Assembly: GCF_035084215.1 (NCBI RefSeq)
Contig: NC_090357.1
Span: forward strand, 9,610,001 to 9,674,000
Direction of reading: 5' to 3'
Origin: Heptranchias perlo
Taxonomy: Eukaryota
DNA: 64,000 nt
Shown here: positions 1 to 13,900 of the stretch, in pieces
Layout of the letters: every line of letters starts with the position of its first letter
Position numbering within the stretch: the first letter of the stretch is position 1
Notes under the pieces: generated by a model
Databases searched by the model: none
Told to the model about the DNA's origin: nothing
Seen by the model: the letters and a program-made list of their open reading frames with translations, nothing else
Program-made: the position numbers and the translations under genes

Positions 1-896
1 GCGGGTGAAGGTTTATGTTAAGAGTACTGAAAGTATTCCAACACTACCAAAAAAACTTCCTCAGATATTTATGTCATATAAGGAGTAGAGATACTAACAG
101 TTCTAGGCAGCTTTAGTACTAGTTGGCGAATAAGAAAAAAGGTGGTGTACTAAGATCATCAGTAGTAGCAAGAAGGGGCAAGTTAGAAAGTTTTTGGAAT
201 ATGGAATGTTTTACTACAAGTGACTATTGAGGCAGTGACTCTAATACTTAAAAAGGGAACTGGCTAAGTTTTTGAAAATGAATGTAAAAGGATACAGTAA
301 AACGGCAGGGAAATGGGATTAGAGTAGAGAGTCCCAGTTTAAGAGTTGGCGCTGGCACAGATGCAATGGGTTGAATAGCTTCCTTCTGTGTTGTAATTTC
401 TATGATTCTATGAAAATATCAAAAATTTCTTTATAAAAGTCTAGGAATCTCAAAAGCTTTCTTTTTAGGAATCTCAAAAACTTAAAAAAAAAATACAAAA
501 CACATCAGCCATTTTTTGCTAGATCTGTTCAAGTATTCAGAAACTATTTGAACAGGCCTTTTTGAGCAATACAACACAACAGCAATGCAACAGTGGAAAG
601 GGTGAGCAGGCAACCTCCGTAGTGAGAGATTGAGGCAACTTCAAATTTCCCTATTAAATAAAACTATCCTGTTTTTGCTCCCCCAAAGCACATTGCAAGC
701 AGTAACCCACCTCCTACCTCTCACCTCTTCATGACAAAGTGCATTAGGCAAATATGCTGTATCACTGTGCTGCAGGTGAAGAAATTTCTCATTTACCACT
801 GTCCTTTAGGAATAGGTGTAGCCACTAAACACATGATCACCTATCAACACAGAGTGTTGCACTATCCTCACTACATACAGAAAAAACTGGCCCCAT

Positions 897-2206
897 CGGA
901 TTAATCAGGGATAGTCAACATGGCTTTGTCAAGGGAAGATCATGTCTGACTAATTTGATTGAATTTTTTGAGGGGGTGACTAGGCGTGTGGATGAGGGTA
1001 ACGCAGTGGATGTGGTGTACATGGATTTCAGTAAGGCCTTCGATAAAGTCCCCCACAGGAGACTGGTCAAGAAGGTACGAGCCCATGGAATCCAGGGTGC
1101 CTTGGCACTTTGGATACAAAACTGGCTTAGTGGCAGAAGGCAGAGGGTGATGGTCGAAGGTTGTTTTTGTGACTGGAAGCCTGTGGCCAGTGGGGTACCA
1201 CAGGGATCGGTGCTGGGTCCCTTGCTGTTTGTGGTCTACATTAATGACTTGGATATGAATGTAAAAGGTATGATCAGTAAGTTCGCTGATGATACAAAAA
1301 TTGGTAGGGTGGTAAATAGCGAGGAGGATAGCCTCAGTCTGCAGGACGATATAGATGGGTTGGTCAGATGGGCAGAACAGTGGCAAATGGAATTTAACCC
1401 GGAAAAGTGCGAGGTGATGCACTTTGGAGGGACTAACAAGGCAAGGGAATACACAATGAATGGGAGGACCCTAGGCAAGACAGAGGGTCAGAGGGATCTT
1501 GGTGTGCAAGTTCACAGATCCCTGAAGGCGGCGGAACAGGTAGATAAGGTGGTAAAGAAGGCATATGGGATACTTGCCTTTATTAGCCGAGGCATAGAAT
1601 ATAAGAGCAAGGAGGTTATGATGGAGCTGTATAAAACACTGGTTAGGCCACAGCTGGAGTACTGTGTGCAGTTCTGGTCGCCACACTACAGGAAGGATGT
1701 GATCGCTTTGGAGAGGGTGCAGAGGAGATTCACCAGGATGTTACCAGGGCTGGAGCGCTTCAGCTATGAAGAGAGACTGGGAAGATTGGGTTTGTTTTCC
1801 TTGGAGCAGAGGAGGCTGAGGGGGGACATGATTGAGGTGTACAAAATTATGAGGGGCACAGATAGGATGGATACTAAGGAGCTTTTTCCCTTCGTTGAGG
1901 GTTCTATAACAAGGGGACATAGATTCAAGGTAAAAGGCGGGAGGTTTAGAGGGGATTTGAGAAAGAACTTTTTCACCCAGAGGGTGGTTGGAGTCTGGAA
2001 CTCACTGCCTGAAAGGGTTGTGGAGGCAGGAACCCTCACAACATTCAAGAAGCATTTGGATGAGCACTTGAAATGCCATAGCATACAAGGCTACGGACCA
2101 AATGCTGGAATATGGTATTAGAGTAGACAGGGCTGATGGCCGGCGCGGACACGATGGGCCGAAGGGCCTCTATCCGTGCTGTATAACTCTATGACTCTAT
2201 GACTCT
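897..2206 (+). mobile_element. 5'-truncated CR1-class LINE, young copy (RT domain, C-terminus and 3' tail)
   Basis: Stop-free frame 898-2121 with CR1 RT motifs QHGFVKGRSCLTNL, YMDFSKAFD, GVPQGSVLGP, KFADD, RPQLEYCVQFWSP, NFFTQRVV. Ends in an (ATGACTCT)n octamer tail. Confidence 0.95.
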
Positions 2207-2839
2207 AGGCTTGCACACAGTCTTCAGATTATGTCTTACAGGCTTATTGCAACTACAACTTAACTTTCAGCTACAGCTTACACAGTTACTTTTCTTGCTC
2301 TCCCCCATCCCAATGATAGATGAATGTTCTCTGAATGTTTAAATCTCCAACTTTTCTTGCTTATTTCCTAGCAATTCAAATAACCATATTACTACATGGA
2401 AGCTTTGTCCATAGTACTTCCTGTGTCACATTTCAGTATCACACCATGTAACTCATAAATTACCGTGTCCAGCAATAATCCACAACTACACAGGTCTGCA
2501 AAGCTACCTTTGTGGTGATTGGTAGTTTCATACTGAACATGTACGGAAAGTACCAATCAGCAATTTCAATCAATGTAGTCAAATGGTTACCAATAAAAAG
2601 CAAGAAGCAGATAAGAAGCCAACAAAAATCACTCAAAATACTTTTGGAGCAGAGAAGGCTATAAAGAGATTTAATAGAGATTTTTAAAGTTACAAAGGGT
2701 GAGGCTACTTCCTCTGGCTGGGGAGTCAGCGACGAGGGGTTATCAATTTAAAATTGTCAGTAACAGTGAGGGGAGGGGAGGAGGGAGGCTGCATCCACAG
2801 CGAGCAATTGAGACAGAGACCATTGCATCTTTTAAGAAA

Positions 2840-3125
2840 TAACTTGCATTTATAAAGTACCTTTCATGTCATTAGGATGTCCCAAAGCACTTTACAGCCA
2901 ATTTAAACACAGCAAGATCCCACAAACAGCAATGAGATAAATGACCAGATGATCTGTTTTGATGGTGTTGGCTGAGGGACAATTATTGGCCAAGATATTA
3001 GAAGAACTCCCCTGCTCGTCTTCAAATAGTGCCACGGATCTTTCACATCCACCCAAGGTGGGGCCTTGGTTTAATGTTTCGTATGAAAGATGGCACCTGA
3101 CAGTGCAGCACTCCCTCAGTACTGC
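2840..3125 (-). mobile_element. DeuSINE (SacSINE1/AmnSINE1-like) fragment
   Basis: Reverse-complement match to the fuller SINE copy at 35255-35700 (ACTGAGGGAGTGCTGCACTGTC, GGCCAATA, TAAATGCAAG tail). Confidence 0.75.
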
Positions 3126-3964
3126 CATCCTTATCCAGTCTGGCGTATATGTAACTCCAATCCCACATCATCGTGGTTGACTCTTAACTAAAGTCTGAAG
3201 TGGCCTAGTAAACGACTCCATTGTCAGAGCAACTAGGGATGGGAAATAAATGCCAGCCTTGCCAGTGATGTCCACATCCCAAGAATGAATGATAGGAAGT
3301 TAAAAGTACACGAGTGTATACAAGGCATGCACCTGGTTATGCCCATGTACCAGGACTCTCTTAGGTGAAGCGCTATTTTTTGCTTCTTCAAATCCCTCCC
3401 CTCCTGAGGGGTTGACTCGTGCTGCTGTATAATTCTATTGGCAGCAGGTATCCTTTGGTACCTTCCACAAGGGGCAGAGCTACGGGGGACATCACAACTG
3501 AGTCCTATTCATCCAGACCGAACACACTCACACCACACTTTCAGCACTGATCGTTGGCTAGGAAGCAGGAGCAGGCACCGGGGTTAAGTATTTCCCCTCC
3601 CTAGCCCGAGGCCACTGAGGTCAGTTATAACATCCCTAGCACTGCCCCAAATAAAATAAGATGATTCAATACAAACTGGGGATTGAACCTGAGAGTTTAA
3701 TTCCTAGAAACTACAGCATAGGAGAAGGCCCATAACTCCAGCCCATCCTTACCAATCCTACCTCTATAACTGGAGCTATCTACTAATGTCATTTCCCTGC
3801 CTTTTCCCCACTTTTTAGTTTCTCCCTTTCGAAATCTAATCCGTTTTAAATATTATAGTCTTTGCCTCATTTATCATTTTCAATCGCTCCCATCATGACC
3901 ACCAATAACAGACCGGCAACAATCAATCCTTCCAGTATTATACAACTCAAAATGCAAACATAAC

Positions 3965-5355
3965 CCAAGAAAGAAGGGAGAGAGAAAACAGGGAACTACA
4001 GGCCAGTTAGCCTGACATCAGTCGTCGGGAAAATGCTGGAATCCATTATTAAGGAAGTGGTAACAGGCCACTTAGAAAATCATAATATGATTAGGCAGAG
4101 GCAACACAGTTTTATGAAAGGGAAATCCTGTTTGACAAATTTATTAGAGTTTTTTGAGGATGTAACTTGAAAGGGTAGATAAAGGGAAACCAGTGGAGGT
4201 AGTATATTTGGACTTTCTAAAGGCATGTGATAAGGTGCCACATAAAAGGTTGTTACACAAGATAAGGGCTCATGGGGTTGGGAGTAACATATTAGCATGG
4301 ATAGAGGATTGGTTAACAGACAGAAAACAGAGAGTAGGGATAAATGGGTCATTTTCAGGTTGGCAGGCTGTAACAAGTGGGGTGCCGCAAGGATCGGTGA
4401 TTGGGCCTCAGCTATTTACAATCTATATTAATGACTTAGATGAAGGGACCGAGTGTAATATATCCAAGTTTGCTGACGATACAAAGCTAGGTGGGAAAGT
4501 AAGCTGCGAGGAGGACACAAAGAGTCTGCAAAGGGATATAGACAGGTTAAGTGAGTGGGCAAGAAGGTGGCAGATGGAGTATAATGTGGGGCAATGTGAG
4601 GTTATTCACTTTGGTAGGAAGAATAGAAAAACAGATTATTTTTTAAATGGTGAGAAACTATTAAAATGTTGGTGTTCGGAGAGATTTGGGTGTCTTCGTA
4701 CAAGAAGCACAAAAAGTTAGCTCGCAGGTATCGCAAATGGCATGTTGGCCTTTATTGCAAGGAGATTGGAGTACAAGAGTAAGGAAGTCTTACTACAATT
4801 GTACAGTGTTTTGGTGAAACCTCAGTACAGTTTTGGTCTCCTTATCTAAGGAACGATGTACTTGCCTTAGAGGCGGTGCAACAAAGGTTCACTAGATTAA
4901 TTCCTGGGATGAGAGGGTTGTCTTATGAGCAGAAATTGGGTAGAATGCGCCTACACTCTCTGGAATTTAGAAGAACGAGGAGTGATCTCATTGAAACATA
5001 TAAGAGTCTGAGAGGGCTTGACAGGGTAGATGCTGAGAGGTTGTTTCCCCTGCCTGGAAAGTCTAGAACTAGGGGGCATAGTCTCAGGATAAGGGGTCAG
5101 CCATTTAAGACCAAGATGAGGAGAAATTTCTTCACACAGAGGGTTGTGAATCTTTGGAATTCTCTACCGCAGAAGGCTGTGGATGCTCAGTCGTTGAATA
5201 TGTTCAAGACTGAGAGAGATAGATTTTTGGAATCTAGTGGAATCAAGGGATATGGGGATCGGGCAGGAAAGTGGAGTTGAGTGGAAGATCAGCTGTGATC
5301 TTATTGAATGGCGGAGCTGGCTCGAGGGGCCATATGGCCTACTCCTGTTCCTATA
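3965..5355 (+). mobile_element. Degenerate CR1-class LINE fragment
   Basis: Broken ORFs 4193-4720 and 4876-5280 with YLDF.KA.DKVPH, GVPQGS, KFADD and RRNFFTQRVVNLWNSLP; stops and frameshifts present. Confidence 0.95.
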
Positions 5356-5914
5356 AGATTGGATGGGCAGAAGTTTTAATTGCACTCCTGGAAAAAGCAC
5401 AGTTCCAGTGGACATAATAAGGGAGATTATCCCAGGTCTGTGTCCCAGGCAATTTTCCAAGGATTTCCTGCATCCAAGCACAGACCCAGGAAAGTCTCCT
5501 CTAATCAGACAATTTCACCCACTGTTAACCTTGGCCAAACTTCTAGTGAGACTATGAATACATATTTTAAATATTTCTAACTTAAAAGGAAAGCACACTT
5601 CTAATAGCCTAAGCGAGGAGGGTCGGCAGGTAGAAGGGGTGAGACGTGGGGTGATTGAGAGAAAAAGAGAAACATTGCAACAATGATGAATTGTAACAAG
5701 AATGCATGAATGAATGAATGAATGTAGCAATGTGAATTGCACACATGCACTGAGCGCTCTTGCCTGCACACCAGTTGTGCAGCCGGGGAAGGGGATTTGG
5801 AGCCAGGCCAGGGACTGACAGCCGCAATAAGTCAATAGCAATGTTAACATTGCAAAATGTTGACATTATTGCAGACGGTGCATCGGCTGCAACCTCTCCT
5901 GCTACTTCAAAAGC

Positions 5915-7975
5915 GGGCAATCTGAAATAAAAACAGAAAGTGCTGGAGAAGCTCAGCAAGTCAGGCAGCGTCTGTGGAGAAAGAAACAGAGTTAACGTTT
6001 CAGGTCGAAGGCCTTTCGTCAGAATTGGAAGATGTTAAAAGAGTAACGTTTTTGAGCAAGTACAGAGCCAGGGAAAGAGGGGTAGGGAGGGGAGGGGAGG
6101 AAAGAACAAAAGGGAAGGTCTGTGATAGGGTGGAGGGCAGGAGTGATTAAATGACAAAAGGGATGATGGCGCAATGCAAGGAGGGTGGTAATGGGACAGG
6201 TTAAGAAAGAAAAGATTGATCAGGAGTAGCTGAAAATGGCAGCATAGAACCATTACCAGCACTAGCTGACTGAGAAAATGGGAGCAGTGGTTATGATCTG
6301 AAGTTATTGAAATCAATGTTGAGTCCGGAAGATCGTAAAGTGCCTAAACGAAAGATGAGGTGCTGTTCCTCAAACTTATGTTGAGCTTCATTGGAACAGT
6401 GTAAGTGGCCGAGGACAGAGGTCAGAGTAGGAGTGGAAAGGGGAATTAAAATGGTAAACAACCGGAAGGTCAGGGTCAGAGCGGAAGTGTTCAGCAAAGC
6501 GATCACCCAGTCTGTGTTTGCGGTCTCCTCTACATTGGGGAGAGCAATGTGTGCAACGGATACAGTATAAATTGAAAGTAGTACAGGTAAGCCGTTGTTT
6601 CACCTGGAAGCAGTGTTTGGGGCCCTGGACGGTGGGAAGGGAAGAGGTGAAGGGGCAGGTGTTGCATCTCCTGTGCTCACACGGGAAGGTGCAATGGGGA
6701 GGAGAGCGGGCGTTAGGGGTGATGGAAGAGTGGACTATGGTGTCGCGGAGGGAACTGGGAGGGGAGGACGTGTTTGATGGTGGGATCGTGCTGCAAGTGG
6801 CGGAATTGGCGGAAGATGATACGTTAAATGTAGAGGCTGGTGGGGTGCAAGGGGAAACCTATCATGGTTCTGGGAGGGAGGGGAAGGGGTGAGGGCAGAA
6901 ATGCAGGAAATAGGATGGACACGGTCGAGGGCCCTGTCAACTACAGTGGAGGGGAATCCTCGGTTGAGGAAAATATTGGAAGCACTGGTGTGGAAGGTGG
7001 TTTCGTCAGAACAGATGCAACAGAGATGGAGAAACTGGGTGAAGGGAATAGAGTCCTTACAGGAAGCGGGGTGGGAGGAAGTGTAATCAATGTAGCTGTG
7101 GGAGTCGGTGGGCTTATAATAGATATGGGTTGACAGCCTATCCCCAGAGATTGAGATAGAGAAGTCAAGGAAGGGAAGGGACGAGTCGGAGATGGACCAT
7201 GTGAAGGCGAGGGAAAGGTGGAAATTGGAAGAAAAGTTGATGAAATTTTCCAGTTCAGGGAAGAGAGCAGGAAACGGCACCAATAGAGTCATCAATGTAC
7301 TGGAAAAAGAGGTGAGGGAGGGTACCCGAGTAAGACTGGAACAAGGAATATTCCACGTATCCCACAAAAAGGCAGGCATAGCTAGGATCCTGTCCTAGTG
7401 GGGGATGGAGATGTCGACGGACTTAACGTCCATGGTGAAAAGGAGACAGTTAGAGCTGGGGAACTGGAAACTGTTAAAGTGGTGGAGGGTGTCAGAAGAG
7501 TCGCGGATGTGGGTTGGAAGAGACTGGACAAGGGGAGAAAAAAAAGTCAAGATAGGATGAAATAAGTTCCATGGGCTGAAACGATGGGTCCACCAGGGCA
7601 GTCCTGTTTGTGCATTTTGGGAAAGAGGTGGACGCGGACTGTGCGGGGTTGGGGGACTATGATGTTGGAGGCAGTGATGGGGGGGAGATCTCCAGAGGAG
7701 ATGAGGTCAGCGATGGTCTGGGAAGCAATTTTTGGCGGTGGGGTCACAGTCCAGGGGGGAGGCAGGAGGAGATGTCGGAGAGTTGGCGCTCGGCCTCCGC
7801 AAGGACCGCCCTTGCCAGCAGGTTTAATGACAAATATCAGGGTTGGACCTGAGAAAATGGAGTGCTGCAGGTTCAGAGGGAGGGAGGTTAGAGTGGGTGA
7901 GGGTGGCCGAGAAATGGAGATGGTCAACGTCACGGCCGGCAGTTGGCAGTGAAAAGATCGAGAGAGGGTCAGCGG
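5915..7975 (-). mobile_element. Penelope-like retroelement remnant (RT, GIY-YIG endonuclease, hammerhead-bearing terminal repeat)
   Basis: Minus-strand fragments FTMDVKS (RT motif A), LFFQYIDD, LPFLDFSI..YYKPTDSHSY..SSHP, and a GIY-YIG-like CTTFNLYCIRC...RLGDRFAEH. CTGACGA...GAAACGTT motif at about 5990-6025. Confidence 0.85.
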
Positions 7976-7977
7976 CC

Positions 7978-10900
7978 GGGGGGGGGGGGGGGGGGGGGGG
8001 AGGGGGGAAACGAGAGGGGGGGGAGGGGGGAAACGAGAGGGGGAGAGGGGGGAAGGGGGGAGGGGGGAGAGGGGGGAAGGGGGGGAAAACGAGAGGGGGG
8101 AGGGGGGAAGGGGGGAAACGAGAGGGGGGAGACGGGAGGGGGGAGACGGGAGGGGGGAGACGGGAGGGGGGAGACGGGAGGGGGGAGACGGGAGGGGGGA
8201 GACGGGAGGGGGGGAGACGGGAGGGGGGAGACGGGAGGGGGGAGACGGGAGGGGGGAGACGGGAGGGGGGAGACGGGAGGGGGGAGACGGGAGGGGGGAG
8301 ACGGGAGGGGGGAGACGGGAGGGGGGAGACGGGAGGGGGGAGACGGGAGGGGGGAGACGGGAGGGGGGGAGACGGGAGGGGGGAGACGGGAGGGGGGAGA
8401 CGGGAGGGGGGAGACGGGAGGGGGGAGACGGGAGGGGGGAGACGGGAGGGGGGAGACGGGAGGGGGGAGACGGGAGGGGGGAGACGGGAGGGGGGAGACG
8501 AGAGGGGGGAGACGAGAGGGGGGAGACGAGAGGGGGGAGACGAGAGGGGGGAGGGGGAGACGAGAGGGGGGAGGGGGGAGACGAGAGGGGGGAGGGGGGA
8601 GACGAGAGGGGGGAGGGGGGGAGACGAGAGGGGGGGAGGGGGGAGACGAGAGGGGGGAGGGGGGAGACGAGAGGGGGGAGGGGGGAGACGAGAGGGGGGA
8701 GGGGGGAGACGAGAGGGGGGAGGGGGGAGACGAGAGGGGGGAGGGGGGAGACGAGAGGGGGGAGGGGGGAGACGAGAGGGGGGAGGGGGGAGACGAGAGG
8801 GGGGAGGGGGGAGACGAGAGGGGGGAGGGGGGAGACGAGAGGGGGGAGGGGGGAGACGAGAGGGGGGAGGGGGGAGACGAGAGGGGGGAGGGGGGAGACG
8901 AGAGGGGGGAGGGGGGAGACGAGAGGGGGGAGGGGGGAGACGAGAGGGGGGAGGGGGGAGACGAGAGGGGGGAGGGGGGAGACGAGAGGGGGGAGGGGGG
9001 AGACGAGAGGGGGGAGGGGGGAGACGAGAGGGGGGAGGGGGGAGACGAGAGGGGGGAGGGGGGAGACGAGAGGGGGGAGGGGGGAGACGAGAGGGGGGAG
9101 GGGGGAGACGAGAGGGGGGAGGGGGGAGACGAGAGGGGGGAGGGGGGAGACGAGAGGGGGGAGGGGGGAGACGAGAGGGGGGAGGGGGGAGACGAGAGGG
9201 GGGAGGGGGGAGACGAGAGGGGGGAGGGGGGAGACGAGAGGGGGGAGGGGGGAGACGAGAGGGGGGAGGGGGGAGACGAGAGGGGGGAGGGGGGAGACGA
9301 GAGGGGGGAGGGGGGAGACGAGAGGGGGGAGGGGGGAGACGAGAGGGGGGAGGGGGGAGACGAGAGGGGGGAGGGGGGAGACGAGAGGGGGGAGGGGGGA
9401 GACGAGAGGGGGGAGGGGGGAGACGAGAGGGGGGAGGGGGGAGACGAGAGGGGGGAGGGGGGAGACGAGAGGGGGGAGGGGGGAGACGAGAGGGGGGAGG
9501 GGGGAGACGAGAGGGGGGAGGGGGGAGACGAGAGGGGGGAGGGGGGGAGACGAGAGGGGGGAGGGGGGAGACGAGAGGGGGGAGGGGGGAGACGAGAGGG
9601 GGGAGGGGGGAGACGAGAGGGGGGAGGGGGGAGACGAGAGGGGGGAGGGGGGAGACGAGAGGGGGGAGGGGGGAGACGAGAGGGGGGAGGGGGGAGACGA
9701 GAGGGGGGAGGGGGGAGACGAGAGGGGGGAGGGGGGAGACGAGAGGGGGGAGGGGGGAGACGAGAGGGGGGAGGGGGGAGACGAGAGGGGGGAGGGGGGA
9801 GACGAGAGGGGGGAGGGGGGAGACGAGAGGGGGGAGGGGGGAGACGAGAGGGGGGAGGGGGGAGACGAGAGGGGGGAGGGGGGAGACGAGAGGGGGGAGG
9901 GGGGAGACGAGAGGGGGGAGGGGGGAGACGAGAGGGGGGAGGGGGGAGACGAGAGGGGGGAGGGGGGAGACGAGAGGGGGGAGGGGGGAGACGAGAGGGG
10001 GGAGGGGGGAGACGAGAGGGGGGAGGGGGGAGACGAGAGGGGGGAGGGGGGAGACGAGAGGGGGGAGGGGGGGAGACGAGAGGGGGGAGGGGGGGAGACG
10101 AGAGGGGGGAGGGGGGAGACGAGAGGGGGGAGGGGGGAGACGAGAGGGGGGAGGGGGGAGACGAGAGGGGGGAGGGGGGAGACGAGAGGGGGGAGGGGGG
10201 AGACGAGAGGGGGGAGGGGGGAGACGAGAGGGGGGAGGGGGGAGACGAGAGGGGGGAGGGGGGAGACGAGAGGGGGGAGGGGGGAGACGAGAGGGGGGAG
10301 GGGGGAGACGAGAGGGGGGAGGGGGGAGACGAGAGGGGGGAGGGGGGAGACGAGAGGGGGGAGGGGGGAGACGAGAGGGGGGAGGGGGGGAGACGAGAGG
10401 GGGGAGGGGGGAGACGAGAGGGGGGAGGGGGGAGACGAGAGGGGGGAGGGGGGGAGACGAGAGGGGGGAGGGGGGAGACGAGAGGGGGGAGGGGGAGACG
10501 AGAGGGGGGAGGGGGGAGACGAGAGGGGGGAGGGGGGAGACGAGAGGGGGGAGGGGGGAGACGAGAGGGGGGAGGGGGGAGACGAGAGGGGGGAGGGGGG
10601 AGACGAGAGGGGGGAGGGGGGAGACGAGAGGGGGGAGGGGGGAGACGAGAGGGGGGAGGGGGGAGACGAGAGGGGGGAGGGGGGAGACGAGAGGGGGGAG
10701 GGGGGGAGACGAGAGGGGGGAGGGGGGAGACGAGAGGGGGGAGGGGGGAGACGAGAGGGGGGAGGGGGGAGACGAGAGGGGGGAGGGGGGAGACGAGAGG
10801 GGGGAGGGGGGAGACGAGAGGGGGGAGGGGGGAGACGAGAGGGGGGAGGGGGGAGACGAGAGGGGGGAGGGGGGAGACGAGAGGGGGGAGGGGGGAGACG

Positions 10901-13900
10901 AGAGGGGGGAGGGGGGAGACGAGAGGGGGGAGGGGGGAGACGAGAGGGGGGAGGGGGGAGACGAGAGGAGGGGGGAGGGGGGAGACGAGAGGGGGGAGGG
11001 GGGAGACGAGAGGGGGGAGGGGGGAGACGAGAGGGGGGAGGGGGAGACGAGAGGGGGGAGGGGGGAGACGAGAGGGGGGAGGGGGGAGACGAGAGGGGGG
11101 AGGGGGGAGACGAGAGGGGGGAGGGGGGAGACGAGAGGGGGGAGGGGGGAGACGAGAGGGGGGAGGGGGGAGACGAGAGGGGGGAGGGGGGAGACGAGAG
11201 GGGGGAGGGGGGAGACGAGAGGGGGGAGGGGGGAGACGAGAGGGGGGAGGGGGGAGACGAGAGGGGGGAGGGGGGAGACGAGAGGGGGGGAGGGGGGAGA
11301 CGAGAGGGGGGAGGGGGGAGACGAGAGGGGGGAGGGGGGAAACGAGAGGGGGGAGGGGGGAGACGAGAGGGGGGAGGGGGGAAACGAGAGGGGGGGAGGG
11401 GGGAAACGAGAGGGGGGAGGGGGGAGAACGAGAGGGGGGAGGGGGGAAACGAGAGGGGGAGGGGGAAACGAGAGGGGGGAGGGGGGGAAACGAGAGGGGG
11501 GAGGGGGGAAACGAGAGGGGGGAGGGGGGAAACGAGAGGGGGGAGGGGGGAAACGAGAGGGGGGAGGGGGGAAACGAGAGGGGGGAGGGGGGGAAACGAG
11601 AGGGGGGAGGGGGGAAACGAGAGGGGGGAGGGGGGAAACGAGAGGGGGGAGGGGGGAAACGAGAGGGGGGAGGGGGGGAAACGAGAGGGGGGAGGGGGGA
11701 AACGAGAGGGGGGAGGGGGGAAACGAGAGGGGGGAGGGGGGGAAACGAGAGGGGGGAGGGGGGAAACGAGAGGGGGGAGGGGGGAAACGAGAGGGGGGAG
11801 GGGGGAAACGAGAGGGGGGAGGGGGGAAACGAGAGGGGGGAGGGGGGGAAACGAGAGGGGGGAGGGGGGAAACGAGAGGGGGGAGGGGGGAAACGAGAGG
11901 GGGGAGGGGGGAAACGAGAGGGGGGAGGGGGGGAAACGAGAGGGGGGAGGGGGGAAACGAGAGGGGGGAGGGGGGAAACGAGAGGGGGGAGGGGGGGAAA
12001 CGAGAGGGGGGAGGGGGGAAACGAGAGGGGGGAGGGGGGAAACGAGAGGGGGGAGGGGGGGAAACGAGAGGGGGGAGGGGGGAAACGAGAGGGGGGAGGG
12101 GGGAAACGAGAGGGGGGAGGGGGGAAACGAGAGGGGGGAGGGGGGAAACGAGAGGGGGGAGGGGGGAAACGAGAGGGGGGAGGGGGGAAACGAGAGGGGG
12201 GAGGGGGGAAACGAGAGGGGGGAGGGGGGAAACGAGAGGGGGGAGGGGGGAAACGAGAGGGGGGAGGGGGGGAAACGAGAGGGGGGAGGGGGGAAACGAG
12301 AGGGGGGAGGGGGGAAACGAGAGGGGGGAGGGGGGGAAACGAGAGGGGGGAGGGGGGAAACGAGAGGGGGGAGGGGGGAAACGAGAGGGGGAGGGGGGAA
12401 ACGAGAGGGGGGAGGGGGGAAACGAGAGGGGGGAGGGGGGAAACGAGAGGGGGGAGGGGGGAAACGAGAGGGGGGAGGGGGGAAACGAGAGGGGGGAGGG
12501 GGGAAACGAGAGGGGGGAGGGGGGAAACGAGAGGGGGGAGGGGGGAAACGAGAGGGGGAGGGGGGAAACGAGAGGGGGGAGGGGGGGAAACGAGAGGGGG
12601 GAGGGGGAAACGAGAGGGGGGAGGGGGGAAACGAGAGGGGGGAGGGGGGAAACGAGAGGGGGGAGGGGGGAAACGAGAGGGGGGAGGGGGGAAACGAGAG
12701 GGGGGAGGGGGGAAACGAGAGGGGGAGGGGGGAAACGAGAGGGGGGAGGGGGAAACGAGAGGGGGGAGGGGGGAAACGAGAGGGGGGAGGGGGGGGAAAC
12801 GAGAGGGGGGAGGGGGGAAACGAGAGGGGGGAGGGGGGAAACGAGAGGGGGGAGGGGGGAAACGAGAGGGGGGAGGGGGAAACGAGAGGGGGGAGGGGGA
12901 AACGAGAGGGGGGAGGGGGAAACGAGAGGGGGGAGGGGGAAACGAGAGGGGGGAGGGGGAAACGAGAGGGGGGAGGGGGAAACGAGAGGGGGAGGGGGAA
13001 ACGAGAGGGGGGAGGGGGGAAACGAGAGGGGGGAGGGGGGAAACGAGAGGGGGGAGGGGGGAAACGAGAGGGGGGAGGGGGGAAACGAGAGGGGGGAGGA
13101 GGGGAAACGAGAGGGGGGAGGGGGAAACGAGAGGGGGGAAACGAGAGGGGGGAAACGAGAGGGGGGAGGGGAAACGAGAGGGGGGAACGAGAGGGGGGAA
13201 ACGAGAGGGGGGAGGGGGGGAAACGAGAGGGGGAAACGGGAGGGGGGAGGGGGGAAACGGGAGGGGGGAGGGGGGAAACGGGAGGGGGGGAGGGGGGAAA
13301 CGGGAGGGGGGAGGGGGGAAACGAGAGGGGGGAGGGGGGAAACGAGAGGGGGGAGGGGGGAAACGAGAGGGGGGAGGGGAGAAACGAGAGGGGGGAGGGG
13401 GGAAACGAGAGGGGGGGAGGGGGGAAACGAGAGGGGGGAGGGGGGAAACGAGAGGGGGGAGGGGGGAAACGAGAGGGGGGAGGGGGGAAACGAGAGGGGG
13501 GAGGGGGGAAACGAGAGGGGGAGGGGGGAAAGGAGGGGAGGGGGAAAGGGGGGAGGGGGGAAACGAGAGGGGGGAGGGGGGAAACGGGGAGGGGGGAGGG
13601 GGGAAACGGGAGGGGGGAGGGGGGAAACGAGAGGGGGGAGGGGGGAAACGAGAGGGGGGGGGGGGAAACGAGAGGGGGGAGGGGGGAAACGAGAGGGGGG
13701 AGGGGGAAACGAGAGGGGGGAGGGGGGAAAACGAGAGGGGGGAGGGGGGAAACGAGAGGGGGGAGGGGGAAACGAGAGGGGGGAGGGGGAAACGAGAGGG
13801 GGGAAACGAGAGGGGGGAGGGGGAAACGAGAGGGGGGAAACGAGAGGGGGGAAACGAGAGGGGGGAGGGGGGAAACGGAGGGGGGAGGGGGGGAAACGGG

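Noticed and set aside
955-2121. 388-aa reverse transcriptase ORF as a host gene or retron-like system
   Set aside because: It is a 5'-truncated CR1 ORF2 with its own 3' tail, lacks an ATG and the endonuclease domain, and has many decayed relatives nearby.
1-7900. ALG9 exon 2 (expected WAPEGSTAFK...DCDETFNYWEP)
   Set aside because: Not found by eye on the minus strand. It presumably lies outside the window, so the ALG9 call rests on exon 1 and synteny.
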